DNA from: a virus
Lineage: Duplodnaviria > Caudoviricetes
DNA length: 47,656 bases
Direction: 5' to 3' (one strand)
Virus record (IMG/VR): IMGVR_UViG_3300037419_001718
Coordinates: 1-47,656 of that record
Of this stretch, positions 27,398 to 35,594 are shown piece by piece (positions within the stretch are counted from its first letter, which is position 1; each line of letters opens with the position of its first letter). The notes under the pieces were generated by a model. The model was not told the DNA's origin, made no database searches, and saw nothing but the letters and a program-made list of their open reading frames with translations. A program made the translations under genes and the position numbers.

Positions 27398-27556
27398 GTG
27401 CCGTGCCCGTCCTGCAGCACCGGCACCGGCGGCCTCGACGACGTGTGCAACCGCTGCTGGGGTGCGGGGGTCGTCGAGTACCAGATCGGCCCCGGCCGCA
27501 ACCCGGACGGCAGCTGGCGGGACCGGCCCGACACCGAACGGCCGGTGGTGTGGTGA
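27398..27556 (+). CDS. Small Zn-finger protein
   Basis: CPSC...CNRCWGAG. Confidence 0.5.
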   Translation: MPCPSCSTGTGGLDDVCNRCWGAGVVEYQIGPGRNPDGSWRDRPDTERPVVW

Positions 27557-27906
27557 GCGAGCGCAAGGTCCGGTCGTACAAGTTCCCGATCGCCCCGATC
27601 TTCCGGGCGCTCGGCGGCGAGTGCGGCGACTACCGGAGCGGCAGGCAGAAGGTGCTCTGCCCGTTCCACGGCGACACGAGGCCGTCGGCCTCCATCGACT
27701 TCGACAAGCAGCGGTTCACCTGCTTCGCCTGCGGTGTGGGCGGCGACGCACTGGACCTCCTCAGGACCCAGGAAGGACTCACGTTCGATGCCGCCGTCGC
27801 CCGCGCAGAAGCACTCTCTGGAGGAGCTGACGCGCCGGTACGAGGCGGCAGCACCGAAGCTCTCTCCCTATTTGACCGGCCGAGGTCTGGCCGCCGCAGC
27901 GGCTAG
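27553..27906 (+). CDS. Primase zinc-binding domain (CHC2)
   Basis: CPFHGDTRPSASI...FTCFACGVGGDALDL...EGLTFDAA. Confidence 0.9.
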   Translation: MSERKVRSYKFPIAPIFRALGGECGDYRSGRQKVLCPFHGDTRPSASIDFDKQRFTCFACGVGGDALDLLRTQEGLTFDAAVARAEALSGGADAPVRGGSTEALSLFDRPRSGRRSG

Positions 27907-28459
27907 GTTCCGGCTCGGCTACGTCGAACCGGCCGACGACGTCCCGACGTCGTACTGGCACCGCATGGCGATCCCGTACGCCACACCGACGGGCGTCGTG
28001 CAGATCCGGTACCGCTGCCTGATCGACCACCACGCCAAGGGCCAAGACCCTGGCCGGTGTCCCAAGTTCCTGGGCGACCGGGGCACCGAGGTCACGCTCT
28101 ACAACGCCCAGGCCACGCTCCACGCGAAGGGCCCGCTGTTCATCGTCGAGGGCGAGCCGGACACGTGGGCGGTGGAGACCATCGCCGGGTTCCCGGCGGT
28201 CGGTGTCCCCGGCGCGGAGACGTGGCGCAAGCACCCGTACTGGGCCCGCTGCTTTGTGGGCCATGACCTGATCCTGCCCGCCGACGGCGACGCCGCCGGT
28301 AACGACCTGGCCGACGCCGTGTCGGCTGACCTGGAGGTACGTGTTGTCCGACTCCCCGACGGAGAAGATGCCGCCTCCGTCCTCGTGGCCGATCCGGCCC
28401 GCTTCGCCGCGCTCTGTGGGGTTCCCGATCTTGCCCGAGGTCTGGGGTGCCAGGCCTGA
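27788..28459 (+). CDS. Primase catalytic TOPRIM domain
   Basis: YLTGRG, RMAIPY, IVEGEPD, AVGVPG, DGDAAG; GAAGGA RBS before ATG 27788. Confidence 0.9.
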   Translation: MPPSPAQKHSLEELTRRYEAAAPKLSPYLTGRGLAAAAARFRLGYVEPADDVPTSYWHRMAIPYATPTGVVQIRYRCLIDHHAKGQDPGRCPKFLGDRGTEVTLYNAQATLHAKGPLFIVEGEPDTWAVETIAGFPAVGVPGAETWRKHPYWARCFVGHDLILPADGDAAGNDLADAVSADLEVRVVRLPDGEDAASVLVADPARFAALCGVPDLARGLGCQA

Positions 28460-28581
28460 GCCTGGCACCGCCGACAGCCAGGCCAGCACCTTGACGATGG
28501 ACTCGTTCGAGATGCGCCTCGGCGACGTGATGGCCGATCTGTACGGCCTGCTTATGGAGCTGCACGACGAGGCGACCGACC

Positions 28582-28914
28582 GTGGCTGACGCGTTGATCG
28601 GACCCCACCAGATCGTCGAGGTGGAGTCCTGGGAGGACGAGCGGGACGACCCGCCCGCCGACGAGTGGCCCTACCCGGACAGCTACGTGCGGCACCGGGT
28701 CACCGGCGCCCTGGCCCGGGACGTGCAGGCGAAGCTCGGCACCGACGCCGACGTGATGATCTTGGAGCGCGTCGAGTCCGGCGGCTACTCCGAGTACACG
28801 CAGGAGAACTACTACAGCTTCACCATCCAGTGCGGCGGCCAGGAGATCCTGTTCGCCGAGGACTGGTCCGGCTCCCCGTTCACCGAACTGCTCAAGTGGC
28901 TGGAGAAGGAATGA
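28582..28914 (+). CDS. Acidic hypothetical protein
   Basis: GAGG RBS, coupled to next gene. Confidence 0.7.
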   Translation: MADALIGPHQIVEVESWEDERDDPPADEWPYPDSYVRHRVTGALARDVQAKLGTDADVMILERVESGGYSEYTQENYYSFTIQCGGQEILFAEDWSGSPFTELLKWLEKE

Positions 28915-29195
28915 GCACCGAGGAGCTGGCGCCGCCGCTGCTGCTGCGCACCCGGCCGGTCGTGGTCGAGGCCCGGCAGCTGACCGAGGCCAACCGGGCG
29001 GCGATGGTCCACTGGATGCACGGCTGGACGTACGGCGTCAACCACATCCGCTGGTTCGACGCCGAGGATGGCCACGTCGTCTCCGCCGTCATCGGCGACT
29101 GGATCGTGCGCGACGTGTTCGGCCGGTTCGCCGTCGTGCCCGACGCCGAGCTGGCCGGGAAGTTCGACCGGGTCGTGGCGGCGGTGGCCGAATGA
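28911..29195 (+). CDS. Conserved-type phage hypothetical protein
   Basis: RTRPVVVEARQ...GDWIVRD...F motif typical of a widespread phage family. Confidence 0.7.
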   Translation: MSTEELAPPLLLRTRPVVVEARQLTEANRAAMVHWMHGWTYGVNHIRWFDAEDGHVVSAVIGDWIVRDVFGRFAVVPDAELAGKFDRVVAAVAE

Positions 29196-29938
29196 CGCTC
29201 AAGATCCTCATCCCGGACTGCCACCACCACCACCAGGACCAGCGCGCCATCGACTCGGTGTGGTCGGCCATCGACGACGTCAAGCCCGACGAGGTGTGCA
29301 TCCTCGGCGACTACCTGGACTGCAAGGCCCCGGCCCGCTGGTCCAAGGGCACCGCCGACGAGTTCGCCGAGGACCTGCTCGACGAGGCCGAGGCCGGGAA
29401 GAAGAACCTGGCCGCCCTGCGCGGCGCGCTCGGCTGGGACCGGAAGATCAGCTACATCCTCGGCAACCACGAGGATCGGATCGCCAACTACGTGCGGCAG
29501 CACGCCCCGGCCATCGGCTCCATCGTGCCCGGCATCGACGAGCTGCTGGACTTCGACAGCCTCGGCGTCGAGCTGGAGCGCCAGCCCTACGCCATCGCCT
29601 CCGGCGTGCGCGCCATCCACGGCGACAAGCTGTCCTCCACGCTCAGCTCGGCCGGGCAGTCCGCGTACAAGGAGCGGCTGCGGCACGGCACCAGCATCGT
29701 CCAGGGCCACACGCACCGCGCGGGCCTGGGCTTCGACACCCAGGACCGGACCCGGTTCTGGATGGAGTGCGGCCACCTGCTCGACATCAAGCAGGCGCAC
29801 TACCTCAAGTACGGCATCGGCAACTGGCAGCAGGCGTTCGGCTACCTCCACATCGACGGTGGCCGCATCACTCCCGGCCTGGTCTACGTGCACCCGCGTG
29901 GCCGGTTCTACTTCAACGGTCGCTCCTACGGGAGCTGA
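29192..29938 (+). CDS. Calcineurin-like metallophosphoesterase
   Basis: DxH (IPDCH), GDxxD, GNHE, HGD, GHTH motifs. Confidence 0.92.
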   Translation: MTLKILIPDCHHHHQDQRAIDSVWSAIDDVKPDEVCILGDYLDCKAPARWSKGTADEFAEDLLDEAEAGKKNLAALRGALGWDRKISYILGNHEDRIANYVRQHAPAIGSIVPGIDELLDFDSLGVELERQPYAIASGVRAIHGDKLSSTLSSAGQSAYKERLRHGTSIVQGHTHRAGLGFDTQDRTRFWMECGHLLDIKQAHYLKYGIGNWQQAFGYLHIDGGRITPGLVYVHPRGRFYFNGRSYGS

Positions 29939-29950
29939 GAGAGGAACCCC

Positions 29951-30154
29951 ATGATCCCCGTCAGCTACACCATCCTCAACGAGATCGTGCGCGTGGCCAA
30001 CGGCCGCCGCTTCCCGGTCCTCGACGGGCACGTCGTGTTCGACGACGTCGTCCTCGGCGAGGGCAAGAGGGCGACCCGGGTCACCGGCCGCGTGGTCGGT
30101 GTCGACTCCACCCTGGAGACGCCGATCGAGTTCACCCTCACGATCACGTCGTGA
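29951..30154 (+). CDS. Hypothetical protein
   Basis: GAGG RBS; TGATG coupling. Confidence 0.6.
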   Translation: MIPVSYTILNEIVRVANGRRFPVLDGHVVFDDVVLGEGKRATRVTGRVVGVDSTLETPIEFTLTITS

Positions 30155-30774
30155 TGGCCGACCTGGCCGAGCGCGTCGAGATCGACGAGGCCGCGCTCAA
30201 CGACATCGTCGATCCGACGGCGCGGGCGGTGTTCCGCAAGTTCGGCGACCACGTGGAGCTGGAGGACCTGCGGCAGGAGGCGGCCATCTGGTGGTACTCG
30301 CCCGCCGCGCAGCGGCACCTGCCCGCCTACCTGGCCCAGGGCGCCCCGTACACGGTGGTCCGCCGCTCGATGTACCGGGAGCTGGCCCGGTACGCGGAGA
30401 AGGAGAAGGCGGGGCGGCTGGGCTACAACCCGGCCGACCAGTACCGGTACACGCCGAGCGTCATCGTCGAGCTGCTGCCGCTGGCGATGGACCCGGAGGG
30501 CGTGCCCGAGCCGCTGCCTGGGGACGGCGGACCGTCGGCGAAGGGCAACAAGGCCGAGGGTGGGGACGTCCTCGCCGCCCTGGTCGACGTGCGGCGGGCG
30601 CTGCACGCGCTGGCCGAGGACGACCTGCACTTCCTGACCCTGGTCACCGACCACGCGTCGGACTGGGCCCGGGTGGCCGCGTACACCGGCACCCTGCCGG
30701 ACTCGGCGCGGCGCCGCTACGCACGGATCGCCGAGCGGATGGCCCGCTGGCTGGCGCGAGAGGAGTTCGAGTGA
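30154..30774 (+). CDS. RNA polymerase sigma-factor-like protein
   Basis: Region 2-like VELEDLRQEAAIWW; C-terminal region 4-like HTH. Confidence 0.7.
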   Translation: MADLAERVEIDEAALNDIVDPTARAVFRKFGDHVELEDLRQEAAIWWYSPAAQRHLPAYLAQGAPYTVVRRSMYRELARYAEKEKAGRLGYNPADQYRYTPSVIVELLPLAMDPEGVPEPLPGDGGPSAKGNKAEGGDVLAALVDVRRALHALAEDDLHFLTLVTDHASDWARVAAYTGTLPDSARRRYARIAERMARWLAREEFE

Positions 30775-31028
30775 ACGACGACACGGTGCCCTTGGCGCTG
30801 GACGAGGAGGCGGACGTCGAGCCGCTGGACCTGGAGGCGTTCCCGCACTACGGGGATCTGCGGAACCTGGTCCTGGCGGGCGGCAAGCCGTTCATGCTGT
30901 TCACCGCCGAGACCACGGACGAGGACGGCGGCACGACTTTGGCGTTCACCAGCCAGGGCATGGACCCGAAGGTGATCCCGCAGGCGCTGCGGGAGATGGC
31001 CGAGCAGATCGAGGAGCAGCAGGCGTGA
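30771..31028 (+). CDS. Acidic hypothetical protein
   Basis: AGGAG RBS, GTGA coupling. Confidence 0.65.
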   Translation: MNDDTVPLALDEEADVEPLDLEAFPHYGDLRNLVLAGGKPFMLFTAETTDEDGGTTLAFTSQGMDPKVIPQALREMAEQIEEQQA

Positions 31029-31195
31029 GCCAGCGCGTGAAGAAGCGGATCGTCACGACGATCAAGGAGTACGAGGAGGGCGAGCTGGTCTCCGAGGAGA
31101 CCTCGACGGAGGAGGAGTTCGAGTACACGGGCTTCACGTTCGACTACCCGTACACCTGGTCGGTCAAGCCCGGCACGTACGGCTCGTCCGTATAG
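31025..31195 (+). CDS. Small hypothetical protein
   Basis: GTGA coupling, ends before hairpin. Confidence 0.55.
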   Translation: MSQRVKKRIVTTIKEYEEGELVSEETSTEEEFEYTGFTFDYPYTWSVKPGTYGSSV

Positions 31196-31211
31196 GCCCA
31201 CAACGCACGAA

Positions 31212-31247
31212 AGCGGCCCCGGTCCACGTAAGTGGTCCGGGGCCGCT
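31212..31247 (+). terminator. Hairpin insulating the recombinase gene
   Basis: AGCGGCCCCGG-tCCAC-gtaa-GTGGt-CCGGGGCCGCT then GTGTTT. Confidence 0.7.
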
Positions 31248-31251
31248 GTGT

Positions 31252-31280
31252 TTGACAGGCTGTGACTGGATCGTTACGGT
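31252..31280 (+). promoter_or_regulatory. SigA-type promoter, probably leaderless transcript
   Basis: TTGACA-N17-TACGGT, ATG 7 nt downstream, no RBS. Confidence 0.75.
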
Positions 31281-31287
31281 CAGCGCC

Positions 31288-32271
31288 ATGACGGCGACAA
31301 CCCTCACTCTGGATCAGGCACTCACCAACTACCAAGTGTGGCGCGTCAGCGAGGACGACGCGTCGCCCAAGACGCTGGCGGGCGAGAAGCCCGGCCTGCT
31401 GGCGTTCGCGGACACCATGCACAGTCGCGGGCACACGATGATCGACACCATCCGCCGCGAGGACGTGTCGGCCTGGTGGGCCGGGCTGCACCTGGCCGAG
31501 TCGACCAAGGCCACCCGGCTGCACCAGCTGCGCTCGTTCCTGCGGTTCTGCCGGGAGCAGGGCTGGCTGGCCGGGGACCCGTCGGCGCTGATCTCCGCGC
31601 CGCGTCCGGCGCCGGAGCCGCGCGAGCGGCTGACCCCGGCCGAGCTGCTGGAGCTGATCGAGCTGGGCGAGCGGCACTCCCGGCGGGACCGGGCGTGCCT
31701 GGCGCTGGCGGCGAACCTGGGCCTGCGCGGCGGGGAGATCAGCCGCCTGCGGGTGCGGGACGTGAACTTCTCCCAGCAGGAGATCAAGGTGCGGGTGGAC
31801 AAGACCCGCGAGATCGACCTGATGCCGATCACCTCGGACCTGGCCACGGAGCTGGCCAACTGGCTGGGCGTGTACCCGAAGGTCACGGCCGACTCGTTCC
31901 TGGTCCCGGCCGTGTACCGGCACCCGGACGGCCACGCCACCGTGAAGGACCGGCCGTTCACCGAGCCGTTCAAGGCGGTCAAGCGGGCGCTGACGGCGCT
32001 GGGCTGGGATGAGACCCGGCAGGAGGGCATCCACACGGTGCGCCGGTCGGTGGCCCGCATCCTGTTCGACGACATCGAGTCCTCGGAGTCGTTCGACTCG
32101 GCGCTGCTGGCCACGATGGCGCTGCTGCACCACAAGCGCGCCGAGACCACGCTGACCTACATCGGCCGGGACCGCATGACCCTGGCCCGCGACCGGCTGC
32201 TGGCCGGTCGGCCGTTCCTGACCCGCATGGTGCGCACCGAGCCGGTCGTCTCCCTGGTGGTGGGGTCGTGA
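31288..32271 (+). CDS. Tyrosine recombinase/integrase (XerC/D-sized)
   Basis: GLRGGE (R), VDKT (K), HTVRR (HxxR), LLHH, TLTY (Y); core-binding N-domain ...LRSFLRFC. Confidence 0.93.
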   Translation: MTATTLTLDQALTNYQVWRVSEDDASPKTLAGEKPGLLAFADTMHSRGHTMIDTIRREDVSAWWAGLHLAESTKATRLHQLRSFLRFCREQGWLAGDPSALISAPRPAPEPRERLTPAELLELIELGERHSRRDRACLALAANLGLRGGEISRLRVRDVNFSQQEIKVRVDKTREIDLMPITSDLATELANWLGVYPKVTADSFLVPAVYRHPDGHATVKDRPFTEPFKAVKRALTALGWDETRQEGIHTVRRSVARILFDDIESSESFDSALLATMALLHHKRAETTLTYIGRDRMTLARDRLLAGRPFLTRMVRTEPVVSLVVGS

Positions 32272-32459
32272 GTGAGACCTGCGGGCAGACCCACGGCGGG
32301 GCCCTGGCCATCGGGTGCCTGCTGGAGCCGTGTCGGCGGCCCCGGTCGCACACCGGCTCGCCGCACATCGCGCTCGGGCAGACGCCGGGCGGGCACACGT
32401 TCCAGCTCACGTGGGACGTGAACGGGAACACCTGGTGGAAGCAGGCTCCGGATGACTGA
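32268..32459 (+). CDS. Small Cys/His protein
   Basis: GTGA coupling; C...C...HTGSPH. Confidence 0.55.
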   Translation: MSETCGQTHGGALAIGCLLEPCRRPRSHTGSPHIALGQTPGGHTFQLTWDVNGNTWWKQAPDD

Positions 32460-32489
32460 CTGATGACGGTCTGATAGGATGACGGCAGC
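32452..32489 (+). promoter_or_regulatory. Extended -10 promoter overlapped by three TGAYRG boxes
   Basis: ATGACT-N17-TAGGAT with TG; TGACGGTC-TGATAGGA-TGACGGCA. Confidence 0.65.
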
Positions 32490-32604
32490 AGCCCCAGTGG
32501 GGGGACTGCTAGGCGCACTCCCGATCGGTGGGGTGGATCTCTGGCTGGCATACCCAGAGCGCCACGTATGCCGCCCTTATTTCTCCCGTGACGAAAGGCA
32601 CACC

Positions 32605-34020
32605 ATGTCCGAGTGTCCCCGCTGTGGCGGCAAGGACGGAGCGCACTACTCGCTCTGCGTGATCGCACGTCTGGTCGAACGCATCTTCGGCCCCGAGTAC
32701 CCGGCGACCGCGCCGGAGCGTCGACTCACCGACGAGGACGGTGCGATCTACACCGACCAGTCGCAGATCGACGCCGACATTGCCGGGCTGCGGCAGACCA
32801 TCGAGCACGTCACTCAGGAGCGTGACTCGGAACGGGCGCACCTGGCCGCCGTCCAGCAGGAGCTGGAGGAGTGGAAGCGCATCGCTGACGAGGCGACCCG
32901 GCCGCACGCGTTCGAGAACGCCGAGGAGTTCGAGAAGCACCTGGAGGACGTGGACATTGCGCCGGTCGGCAGCAACGGCACGCCCCGCGAGGAGGCCCCG
33001 GTCACCCAGCTGCCCACGCCGACCTACCCGGCCAAGGTCTACGCGTCGGTGCCGCCCTCCCCGGCCGAGTGGCTGGAGGCCAACGTCGAGCCCGGCAAGG
33101 GCGGCCGGATGCGCGGTGACTGGGTGGTCATCGTCGAGGCGCTGGAGCGGTACAACCGCGAGTTCGGCACCCAGCTGACCGTTCGGGACTTCGGCCAGGC
33201 CGCGCGGCAGTTCGCCGAGCGCCACGGCTACACCCGGGGCCAGGGCCCGCGGGTCGGCGGCATCAAGCCGATGGTCATGTTCGGCGCCAGGTGGAAGGGC
33301 ACCGAGTCCGAGGGCCGCTACAACGGCGTGGCCGCCGACGACATCGAGGTGTTCCTCGGCACCCGCTGCCGCACCACGGGCCGCAACGCCGACTCCGAGT
33401 TCGTGTCCGACCTGGCCGAGGCCTACGAGCGGTGGCGGCACACCCGCACCCCGGTGGCGGCCCCGGCCAAGACGATGGCCATCGCCAAGGTGTTGTGGTC
33501 CAAGGGCTACACGCGGCGGCAGGACACCGCCAGCGGCGGCAAGATCAAGGTGCTCGGGCTCAAGCTGCTGCCCGAGCCCGGCGGCGACGACGACCAGGAG
33601 GACCACACTCCGCCCTCCGCTGCTCCCACCTCATCCGACTCTCCGGCACGAGCCGCCTCGTCACCTGCTCCCTCGCCCTCGGTCACGCCGGAGACCATCA
33701 CTACTCCGGCTGAGCTGCTGCGCGCCGTCCGGCCGGAGTTCGCCGAGCCGTGGATGCAGAACCCGCCGAGCAAGCGGACCCGCACCATGTACGCCGGGGC
33801 CCGGCCGGGCCGGGAGATGCCCAAGGAGTACCGCGAGGTCGTGAACAAGATCCTCGACGGGCAGCCCGGGTGGGAGTACCAGCCGCCCAACGGCCGCACG
33901 TCGAAGCCCCGGATCATCAACCCGGACGGCCGGAAGTTCACGCTGCCCAACACGCCGTCGGACGTGCGCGGCATCCGCAACACGATCACCCAGCTCAAGC
34001 GCCTGGGGGCCCTGCTGTGA
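32605..34020 (+). CDS. Multidomain protein: Zn finger, coiled coil, two D5/P4-type wHTH-like repeats, HicA-like C-terminus
   Basis: AAAGGCACAC leader; CPRC..H..C; two repeats ending FGARWK / LGLKLL; GW...NPDG..TLPNTPSD.R..RN....LKRLG. Confidence 0.6.
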   Translation: MSECPRCGGKDGAHYSLCVIARLVERIFGPEYPATAPERRLTDEDGAIYTDQSQIDADIAGLRQTIEHVTQERDSERAHLAAVQQELEEWKRIADEATRPHAFENAEEFEKHLEDVDIAPVGSNGTPREEAPVTQLPTPTYPAKVYASVPPSPAEWLEANVEPGKGGRMRGDWVVIVEALERYNREFGTQLTVRDFGQAARQFAERHGYTRGQGPRVGGIKPMVMFGARWKGTESEGRYNGVAADDIEVFLGTRCRTTGRNADSEFVSDLAEAYERWRHTRTPVAAPAKTMAIAKVLWSKGYTRRQDTASGGKIKVLGLKLLPEPGGDDDQEDHTPPSAAPTSSDSPARAASSPAPSPSVTPETITTPAELLRAVRPEFAEPWMQNPPSKRTRTMYAGARPGREMPKEYREVVNKILDGQPGWEYQPPNGRTSKPRIINPDGRKFTLPNTPSDVRGIRNTITQLKRLGALL

Positions 34021-34352
34021 CCGCCGACGACCGCGCCAAGGCCGCCGAGGTGCTGCGGGCCGCCGTCACGCAGCGGAACTCCGACGCGCTCAGCGACGCC
34101 ATCGCCGCCGCTCTTGCCGCTGCCCGTGCCGACGGGGAAGCCGCCGCGAACCAGCGGTGGACGACCGCCGTGGAAGGGCTGGCGGAGGAGTGGGAGGTCG
34201 AAGCGCACTCGGCCGACATGGCAGTGGCTCGCGCGGTCCCCCGATTCGACCTGGCGAGCGAAGCGGCCTACGCCATGCAGGGAGAGAGCGCACGCCGCGC
34301 CGCCGCCCGTCTGCGCGGCCTCACCACCAGCAGCGAGGAGGAGACGGCGTGA
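34017..34352 (+). CDS. Ala-rich hypothetical protein
   Basis: GTGA coupling. Confidence 0.55.
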   Translation: MTADDRAKAAEVLRAAVTQRNSDALSDAIAAALAAARADGEAAANQRWTTAVEGLAEEWEVEAHSADMAVARAVPRFDLASEAAYAMQGESARRAAARLRGLTTSSEEETA

Positions 34353-34522
34353 TCCGGCTGAGCTTCCATGTCGGCCGGGAGTCGGTGACCGGCGAGCCGT
34401 TCCCGCTGCTGTCCAGGCCGTTCGTCGGCGAGGCCGGGTTGGTGGGCGAGCGGGGCTGGGTCACCCGCTACTACATGATCTTCCTGCTCCGCCGGTCGAT
34501 CAGCGTGGGGGTGCACCGGTGA
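34349..34522 (+). CDS. Hypothetical protein
   Basis: GGAG RBS, GTGA coupling. Confidence 0.5.
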   Translation: MIRLSFHVGRESVTGEPFPLLSRPFVGEAGLVGERGWVTRYYMIFLLRRSISVGVHR

Positions 34523-34821
34523 CCGGCCCCGTCCCGCCCGGCGGGGAGGAGCTGCGGGAGGCGATCGCGTCGGCTGTGTTCGCTCGGCTGCACGAGAACA
34601 ACCCGCTCTACTACGACGACGCTGCCGATGAACTCGCCGACGCCCTCCTGCCCACGGTGCTCGCCCTCGTCGAGGAGCAGGGCAGGCGGCGCGCGGCGGA
34701 GGAGCTGCGGGCGGCGGCGGGCGCCTGGCACAACGCCGATGCAGACGAGTGGGCTGTCGTCGTGGACTGGCTCCGCGCCCGTGCCGCTGCTCTGGCGCCC
34801 GAGAACCAGGAGGCGAAGTGA
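34519..34821 (+). CDS. Hypothetical protein
   Basis: GTGA coupling. Confidence 0.55.
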   Translation: MTGPVPPGGEELREAIASAVFARLHENNPLYYDDAADELADALLPTVLALVEEQGRRRAAEELRAAAGAWHNADADEWAVVVDWLRARAAALAPENQEAK

Positions 34822-35054
34822 TGGTGGGGTGCACCTGCTGGCCGAGCGGCATGAACACCTGCCTGGCGCACGGCCCGCTGCCGCCGGTGCCGCCGCCCGT
34901 GGCCAAGGAGAAGCCGCCGACCGAGTGTCGGGACCTGCACGAGACCCTGACCGAGGACGGCACGCCGCTGATCCCGGCCGACCACTGGGGCCTGGGGTGC
35001 CCCTTCGAGGACGCGCGGTCCAACAGCGGGCCGCCGGAGGAAGAGATGAGGTAG
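34821..35054 (+). CDS. Cys/His-containing hypothetical protein
   Basis: GGAGG RBS; CTC...CLAHG. Confidence 0.5.
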   Translation: MVGCTCWPSGMNTCLAHGPLPPVPPPVAKEKPPTECRDLHETLTEDGTPLIPADHWGLGCPFEDARSNSGPPEEEMR

Positions 35055-35060
35055 CACGGA

Positions 35061-35279
35061 ATGGCGAGGGGTAAACGGGTCGGTCAGGAGGCCCGCTGCA
35101 CAGTGTGCAACACCTGGGTCGGGGTGCTGCGCACTATGTTCAACGCGTCGAACAAGGCCGGGTACCACCCGGTGCCCAAGACGGCGCGGCATCACAACGG
35201 CACCGGAGCGTGGTGCACGGGCAGCCTGCTGCCCGTGGAGCGCCCGGATCTGATCCGGGAGATTGGGGCGACGGTGTGA
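35061..35279 (+). CDS. Small Zn-finger protein
   Basis: GAGG RBS; CTVC...RHH...WCTGS. Confidence 0.6.
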   Translation: MARGKRVGQEARCTVCNTWVGVLRTMFNASNKAGYHPVPKTARHHNGTGAWCTGSLLPVERPDLIREIGATV

Positions 35280-35437
35280 TGGAGCGCAGACTGGCGCGGC
35301 TCGGGTACGCGGTGCTGCACCGCATCGACGGGCTGTGGCACCTGTGGGTGTGCAACCTGGTCGAGAAGCTGTACGAGCGGGCTGGCCTGCTCGATCCCGA
35401 CGACGACAATGAGGAGAGCCACCTGCCGTCGGGGTGA
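35279..35437 (+). CDS. Small hypothetical protein, last gene of the plus arm
   Basis: TGATG coupling. Confidence 0.5.
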   Translation: MERRLARLGYAVLHRIDGLWHLWVCNLVEKLYERAGLLDPDDDNEESHLPSG

Positions 35438-35546
35438 TGTACCATCGGATAGGCCGGGCTGCCCACTGTCGCCGATCGTAATGTGGGACCTGACCTGTCC
35501 GGCGCGTTGCGGTGTGACCGACCCCTCATCCTCCGCCGCAACGCAA

Positions 35547-35594
35547 ACAACGCCCCCCACTTCCCTCGTGTGCCGGGGGAGTGGGGGGCGTTGT
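35547..35594. terminator. Bidirectional terminator between convergent arms
   Basis: ACAACGCCCCCCACTTCCC / GGGAGTGGGGGGCGTTGT. Confidence 0.75.

Noticed and set aside
29218-29233. Poly-His run in the metallophosphoesterase as a special feature
   Set aside because: Extension of the normal DxH motif; four His codons are not enough to claim a separate function
33820-34020. HicAB toxin-antitoxin module
   Set aside because: HicA-like part is fused, appears to lack the catalytic His, and no HicB-like neighbour is visible
35468-35495. dif-like site for the Xer-type recombinase
   Set aside because: Only a partial left-arm resemblance; no 11-6-11 inverted arms or TTATGT right arm
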